Assembly: GCA_038131165.1 (NCBI GenBank)
Contig: JAYPOZ010000002.1
Location: 52,755 to 116,754 of the forward strand
Reading direction: 5' to 3'
DNA length: 64,000 nucleotides
Source: Rickettsiales bacterium
GTDB lineage: Bacteria > Pseudomonadota > Alphaproteobacteria > UBA8366
This document shows positions 59,349 to 64,000 of this stretch, piece by piece. The notes under the pieces are model-generated. The model did no database searches. It was not told the origin of the DNA and saw nothing but the letters and a program-made list of their open reading frames with translations. Each line of letters starts with the position of its first letter. Positions within the stretch are counted from its first letter, which is position 1. Made by a program: the position numbers and the translations under genes.

Positions 59349-60695
59349 CTATCGGTAGACGATCAAGTCCGCGTCGTCCGATAGAAAGAATATACTGCCC
59401 GACGCGATGACGGGAGATACGGACAATTTATCCGCCAATTCAAGCTTGCCGAGGAACTTTCCGGTGTAAGGCGAGATGCTCAGCACTTCTCCATGGCTGC
59501 CGACCACCAGCAACCGGTCGCTCGCCAGAACCGGGCCGGACCATTTGATCGGCCCGTCCTTGTCTTCGGGATCCTCGTAGCGCGGCAGGGGCTGTATCCA
59601 GCGGACCCGGCCGCCGAGCCGGGTGAGGCAATACAGATCGCCTTCGTTGCTCAGAATATACACGAAATTGCCGGCCACCCACGGCGTCTCCGAGCCGCCG
59701 ATGGCGCGCTCCCAAACGCGGGCGCCGGTCCGCAGATCGATGGCGACCAGCCGGCCCGATTGACTGACCGCATAGACGGCGCCTTGATCGACGACAGGAT
59801 GCCCGCGGATATGCGCCACGGTGGACAGCGTGTCGGTGCGGCGCACGGACACCAGGCTATCGGTCCACAAGACCCGGCCGTTGTTGACGCGCAGGGCCAC
59901 GAGTTCGCCGGAAGAATACGGCGCGATGACCGTATCGCCGACCAGCGCCGGACTGCCGCCGCCCAGCAGGCCAGTGGATTCGGAGATTCCGGTGTGGGTC
60001 CAGAGCTTCTTCCCGGTCTCCGTATCGAAGACGACGGTCTGGTTGTCGATCGTCACGACATAGACGCGGCCGTTTCCGACCGTCGGGCTCGACCGGCTCG
60101 GCCCCGGAAGATCGCTGCGCCACAGTTCGGTCCCGTTGTCGGCGCGCACCGCGATCAGCTTGCCGAACCCCGTCGACATGAAAACCCGGCCGCCGTCATA
60201 GGCCAGCCCGCCGCCGAAACTCTCCTCGTCCTCCTCCGGCACCTCGGGCGTAAATGTCCAGACCGGATTTCCCGTGGGCACCTCGAAGGCGGAAATCTCG
60301 AACTCCGCATCCATGGCGAAGACGAACCCGTCGGCGACGATCGGGCGGGCGACCAGACGCCGCTCGTCGCTGGAGCCTTCGCCGATGTTGCGCTCCCAGG
60401 CCTCGCGCACGTCGTTGGAAATCTTCAGATGATGCATGGCATGGCCGGCATTGCCGCCGGCCTGCGTCCAATTCGCGTTCTCGACGGGCGCCGGCAGGAT
60501 CACGCGCAGATCGGCGACCCGCGGGTCGGGTTCCAGATCCTGTTCGTTGAGCATGATCGGGATGCGCTGGCCCGGCAGCGGCTTCTTTTTCTTGCCGGTC
60601 AGTTCCTGAATCCAGCTACAGCCCGACACCGCCAGAACAACGGCCAGCATCAGAACAAGACCGCGGACAGATATCTGGCGCAACGGGCCGCTCAC
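59349..60695 (-). CDS. bamB: outer membrane protein assembly factor BamB (PQQ-like beta-propeller lipoprotein)
   Basis: Lipobox LAVSGCS, repeated propeller blades. yfgM-like/bamB/der synteny. Confidence 0.85.
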   Translation of the reverse strand: MSGPLRQISVRGLVLMLAVVLAVSGCSWIQELTGKKKKPLPGQRIPIMLNEQDLEPDPRVADLRVILPAPVENANWTQAGGNAGHAMHHLKISNDVREAWERNIGEGSSDERRLVARPIVADGFVFAMDAEFEISAFEVPTGNPVWTFTPEVPEEDEESFGGGLAYDGGRVFMSTGFGKLIAVRADNGTELWRSDLPGPSRSSPTVGNGRVYVVTIDNQTVVFDTETGKKLWTHTGISESTGLLGGGSPALVGDTVIAPYSSGELVALRVNNGRVLWTDSLVSVRRTDTLSTVAHIRGHPVVDQGAVYAVSQSGRLVAIDLRTGARVWERAIGGSETPWVAGNFVYILSNEGDLYCLTRLGGRVRWIQPLPRYEDPEDKDGPIKWSGPVLASDRLLVVGSHGEVLSISPYTGKFLGKLELADKLSVSPVIASGSIFFLSDDADLIVYR

Positions 60696-60711
60696 GCCTC
60701 ACACTCCGGCT

Positions 60712-61356
60712 TCAATTGCCAAGGATTTGGAGCGTTTCCGCGGCGCGCGCCCGGGCTCCCGGCGGCGCTTCCAGATCGTCCGCCAGCCTTTGAAATTCCG
60801 TCTTGGCCAATTCGCGGTCGCCGGTCCGCAACGCCAAAGCGCCCGAAAGCTCGCGGGCGGAATGCCGCCACATGCCGTCCGGCGTCAACAAGGGGGTCAA
60901 TCGCGCGCGCAACTGTTCCGGATCGCCGTCGTCGATTTGATGCATCAGGGCGAGCACCGAGGCCAATTCGCGGTAGAGTTTCCCGACACCGCTGTCCGCC
61001 GCGATATCCTCGAATGTCTGGATGGCGCCGGACGTATCGCCCGCTTCCTTCAGCGCATCGGCGGCCCGGAAACGCGCGAGCAGGGCGTAGCCTGCCTGAG
61101 CTTCGCTGGAAAGCGCCTGGAATGCGGCGGCGGCCTCCTGTTGGCGCCCCTCGCTTGCCTGCGCCGCCGCGGCGGCAAAGCGGTTGCTGTCTTCCTGCTG
61201 GCGCTTTGCCGAGTATTCCCGCCACCCGACGGACGCCGACGTGCCCAAGACCACGGCGACGGCCGCGGCGATGACATAGCCGCCATACTCCTTCCAAAAC
61301 TTGTTGAATCGGTCGCGCCGGACCTCCTCGTCGACTTCTTGGAAGATGTCGCCCAC
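60712..61356 (-). CDS. YfgM-like TPR membrane protein
   Basis: MGDIFQEVDEEVRRDRFNKFWKEYGGYVIAAAVAVVLG N-terminal anchor, then TPR-like helices. Confidence 0.75.
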   Translation of the reverse strand: MGDIFQEVDEEVRRDRFNKFWKEYGGYVIAAAVAVVLGTSASVGWREYSAKRQQEDSNRFAAAAAQASEGRQQEAAAAFQALSSEAQAGYALLARFRAADALKEAGDTSGAIQTFEDIAADSGVGKLYRELASVLALMHQIDDGDPEQLRARLTPLLTPDGMWRHSARELSGALALRTGDRELAKTEFQRLADDLEAPPGARARAAETLQILGN

Positions 61357-61588
61357 GCTGCTCTACTCCTGCTCGCATGAAATCGCCGTGGCACAGCCCG
61401 TCCGGCCACGGCGCCAATCTACTCATCTCCCCGAGGACTGGCAAATGTAAGTCGCCAAAACGCTTCATTTCCTTGCGTGCTTGAACCCGATACCGCAATG
61501 CGCAACAATGCTTTATCCAGGCTCGGCCTCCGCCGCGATCGCGGTCGGAAACCGGCATGGTTTGACGCAACAACGCACGGTCCGGAGA

Positions 61589-61942
61589 ATGGGGGAGACG
61601 CTGGAGTCACATCTCCATGGCCGAACAGGCCGCAGCATCCTGTTCGGCGCGGTTCTCATGACGCTTGCGGCGTGCGGAGCGAGTTCGTTCCTGGTGTTGT
61701 CCGGCTCGATGGCCAATTTCATCCAGACCGATAAACTGCCGACGGATTACGTCGCCGAATGGGCGTCGGGCAAGGAATGCCGAACGCTCGTGGCCATGAA
61801 GGATGGCGGACCGCTGTGCCGCAAATCCTTCGACGGCCCGCGCGTATACGAGAAACCCGTCTACTGCTACCGGACCCTGGGGCAGATCACCTGCTACGAC
61901 GAGCCGGACCCCTACCGCACCAGCACGCAGAGGGTCCGTTGA
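61589..61942 (+). CDS. small Cys-containing putative lipoprotein
   Basis: Lipobox LMTLAACG. Start uncertain: the tracked ORF begins at 61481, and ATG 61589 was chosen as the nearest Met before the hydrophobic segment. Confidence 0.45.
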   Translation: MGETLESHLHGRTGRSILFGAVLMTLAACGASSFLVLSGSMANFIQTDKLPTDYVAEWASGKECRTLVAMKDGGPLCRKSFDGPRVYEKPVYCYRTLGQITCYDEPDPYRTSTQRVR

Positions 61943-61944
61943 CG

Positions 61945-62292
61945 ATGAGCGATCCGGTTCGGTTGTCCGACTACCGCCGCACAAAGGGACGCGTCTATTT
62001 CGACCGGCACGAGTTGCGGCGATTGCTGGACGTCTACAGCCGCCGCGTCATGTCCGGGGAATGGAAAGACTACGCGATCGATCACCAGAGCGGCAGCGCG
62101 GTCTTTTCGATTTTCCGGCACACCTTCGATTCGCCGCTTTTCGCCATCGCCAAACGCCGCGAGGGCAAGAAATGCGCCTATCAGGTCTTTAGCGGACCGC
62201 GCAAACTCAAGCAAAGCAGCACCATCGAAGACGCACTGTCGATCTTCGACAAGGAACTCCGGGAAATCCCGACCCACCGCCGGTCGCGCTGA
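61945..62292 (+). CDS. DUF2794-like conserved alphaproteobacterial protein
   Basis: MSDPVRLSDYRRTKGRVYFDRHELRRLLDVYSRRVMSGEWKDYAID. Internal ATG 61945. DUF name from memory. Confidence 0.6.
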   Translation: MSDPVRLSDYRRTKGRVYFDRHELRRLLDVYSRRVMSGEWKDYAIDHQSGSAVFSIFRHTFDSPLFAIAKRREGKKCAYQVFSGPRKLKQSSTIEDALSIFDKELREIPTHRRSR

Positions 62293-62414
62293 GGCGCGGC
62301 GCAGAACATCGACCTGTGGCGGCCCGCGTTCGGGGCCTTGCCATATGTTCCCTTTTTGTTCTATTTCTTCAGACGCCGTGGAATCCCCCTGGCGCAGCGG
62401 AGGCGAGGACAAGA

Positions 62415-62693
62415 ATGGGCCAGCACAAGCGCCGATACATCGAAGCGCAAGATGCGCAGCGTCGTGCCACCCTGTTGGGAGAAATCGAGAAGAACCATGT
62501 CGACGTGTTTTGCTGGTGCAACCGATGCGGGCACAACGCCACAATTTCATCCGCGCGTCTCATCGCCGAGCTGGGCCCGGCCTTCCCCGTTCCCGAGATC
62601 GGCGGCCGGATGCGGTGTTCGGGCTGCGGCTCGAAAGATGTCGCCGCGCGCCCGGATTGGCCGTCGCTGGGACAGGTGACCCGGCACAGCTAG
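62415..62693 (+). CDS. 92-aa zinc-ribbon-like protein (CxCxxC ... CxxC)
   Basis: GGAGG upstream of ATG 62415. FCWCNRCGH ... RMRCSGCGSKDVAARPDW. High third-position GC in this frame, unlike the two other overlapping + frames. Confidence 0.55.
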   Translation: MGQHKRRYIEAQDAQRRATLLGEIEKNHVDVFCWCNRCGHNATISSARLIAELGPAFPVPEIGGRMRCSGCGSKDVAARPDWPSLGQVTRHS

Positions 62694-63102
62694 ACGGCCG
62701 CGAGGGCGGCGCTCCCCGATGCGCCCGCCCGCCCCGCCGCCGGCGTCGGCGGGCCGAACGCCCGGCCAAGTTTCAACCCCGAGTCGCTTCATAGATTCCA
62801 GAGACTTAGTCTGGAAGCGCAGACGGCCGGCAGATGCGCGACGCCGGTCAGATAACCGTTAGGCGACGATTTCGAGACAAAAAAATGAAGCGCTTACAAC
62901 CCGGAAGCCCAGATAAAGCAGACGAATCCGGCAGCCGCCGTTGACGCCGTCCCAGACTCTCGCCATAAATGGAGGCGCTGCGGTTGCAGTGAAAATAAAA
63001 ACACTATATTGTAGGTCGGGTTGCGCAGCACACAATATGTAGTGCAAGATGTCGTGACCGCGCCATGACTAGGCAAGTTAAGCAGAATGGGGAAAAATCG
63101 CT

Positions 63103-63432
63103 ATGGAATGGACTGAGGCACGCGTCGATGAACTTAAGCGCCTGTGGGAAGAGGGACTAAGTGCGAGCCAAATCGCAAACCACCTGGGCGACGTCACACG
63201 CAACGCGGTGATCGGAAAAGCGCACCGTCTTGGACTCTCCTCGCGACCATCTCCCATCAAGCGCACCAATCATCCGATTACCGGCAGCCACGAGCGGATG
63301 TGCCAATGGCCGATCGGCAATCCGCGCGATCCCAGCTTCCATTTTTGCGGCAAGACGGCCGCACCCGACCGGCCCTATTGCGAAGGTCACTGCGCAATGG
63401 CCTATCGGCGAAAAAGCGACAACGCCGCCTAA
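63103..63432 (+). CDS. gcrA: GcrA family cell cycle regulator, compact 109-aa form
   Basis: MEWTEARVDELKRLWEEGLSASQIANHLGDVTRNAVIGKAHRLGL and C-terminal CQWPIGNPRDPSFHFCG..PYCEGHCAMAY. Confidence 0.85.
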   Translation: MEWTEARVDELKRLWEEGLSASQIANHLGDVTRNAVIGKAHRLGLSSRPSPIKRTNHPITGSHERMCQWPIGNPRDPSFHFCGKTAAPDRPYCEGHCAMAYRRKSDNAA

Positions 63433-63533
63433 CGGCCTGACAGCGCATTGCCGTCCGGATAAAGCCGCCGCGAAACCGGTCGGTCGGCGCCAAGAGGCGG
63501 GCGTAACGATATGAATTCTAGGTTGTAGATTCG

Positions 63534-64000
63534 CTATTCCGCGACGGCGGGCATATCGTTCCGGATGTGACTCATCGCGGTCAAAACAACATCCGCTGCC
63601 GACTCGTTTCGATGTGCGTTCTCGCTCAAGTAGCGGCGCCATGCGCGCGCGCCCGGTCGCCCCTGGAACAGCCCAAGCATATGCCGGGTTATGGCCCGAA
63701 GCGGCGTTCCGCGGCCGGTCTCCGATTCGATATAGTCGATCATCGACAGAACGACCGACCTCTCGGACGGCGTATCGGCCGCCATGCCGTAGTAGCGGGC
63801 ATCCGCATCTGCGAGCAAGAACGGATCTTGATACGCACTGCGGCCCAACATGACGCCGTCGACATGGCGCAAATGGGCCGCGATCTCCTCGTGCGTCTGA
63901 ACGCCGCCGTTCAGGATGACCGTGATCGACGGTGCCGCCGCCTTGAGACGGTAGACGAGATCATACCGCAACGGCGGAATTTCGCGGTTTTGTTTCGGAC
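63534..64000 (-). CDS. dusA: tRNA dihydrouridine synthase DusA, 5' part lies beyond the window end
   Basis: Frame stays open to base 64000. PKQNREIPPLRYDLVYRLK matches the E. coli DusA region SPKENREIPPLDYPRVYQLK. VILNGGV..VDGVMLGR. Confidence 0.85.
   Translation of the reverse strand, partial: PKQNREIPPLRYDLVYRLKAAAPSITVILNGGVQTHEEIAAHLRHVDGVMLGRSAYQDPFLLADADARYYGMAADTPSERSVVLSMIDYIESETGRGTPLRAITRHMLGLFQGRPGARAWRRYLSENAHRNESAADVVLTAMSHIRNDMPAVAE

Noticed and set aside
61385-61412. 9-bp GC hairpin (CGCCGTGGC...GCCACGGCG) upstream of the YfgM-like gene.
   Set aside because: It is a single short GC stem in GC-rich DNA with no U-tract and no obvious partner gene. This is not enough to call a regulatory element.
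62338-62794. Two further overlapping plus-strand ORFs (62338..62679 and 62345..62794) competing with the zinc-ribbon frame.
   Set aside because: Neither has a ribosome-binding site or structured motifs. Third-position GC favours the 62415 frame.
1-64000. Scan for tRNA, rRNA, CRISPR repeats, IS elements, integrases, toxin-antitoxin pairs and known defence-system genes.
   Set aside because: I saw no T-loop or cloverleaf candidates, no regularly spaced direct repeats, and no transposase, recombinase, nuclease or reverse-transcriptase-like ORFs. Absence by eye is not proof; tRNAscan, Infernal or DefenseFinder would be decisive.

Overview
High-GC (roughly 60% by eye) alphaproteobacterial chromosome segment. 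The lineage call rests on gcrA, hda and a DUF2794-like gene, plus the blocks lptF/lptG-lptD-surA-pdxA-rsmA, fabD-fabG-acpP-fabF-mltG and rpsF-rpsR-rplI-dnaB-alr-radA-cvpA-purF. It looks Rhodospirillales-like, but I cannot verify that without a search. I call about 62 densely packed protein genes, mostly core housekeeping, many with ATGA/GTGA start-stop overlaps. I recognised no rRNA, tRNA, CRISPR array, transposase, integrase or phage structural gene. Many ORFs in the six-frame track are antisense or off-frame shadow ORFs typical of GC-rich DNA, and several real genes start at internal Met codons of the listed ORFs. Most notable: a four-gene minus-strand cassette at 21091-26004. It encodes a UbiA-type phosphoribosyltransferase, a DprE1-like FAD oxidase, a DprE2-like reductase and a 631-aa polytopic membrane protein. 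It resembles the polyprenyl-phosphate D-arabinofuranose donor pathway plus a candidate GT-C transferase, and it sits exactly between lptF and lptG. This suggests an uncharacterised periplasmic pentofuranosylation of LPS or another envelope molecule. A second accessory-looking block lies at 50970-57800, between purF-SDR and der-bamB. It holds a 34-bp perfect palindrome, tandem acyl-CoA dehydrogenases, a cupin, an orphan membrane-anchored protein, and a translationally coupled HlyD-MFS pair with a sharp internal low-GC patch. Other points: an untracked 44-aa ORF resembling aa3 oxidase subunit IV, an orphan DppB-type permease, mlaEF without an MCE gene, and a compact GcrA next to a small zinc-ribbon protein. 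All family assignments come from motifs read by eye in the translations; no database search was possible.
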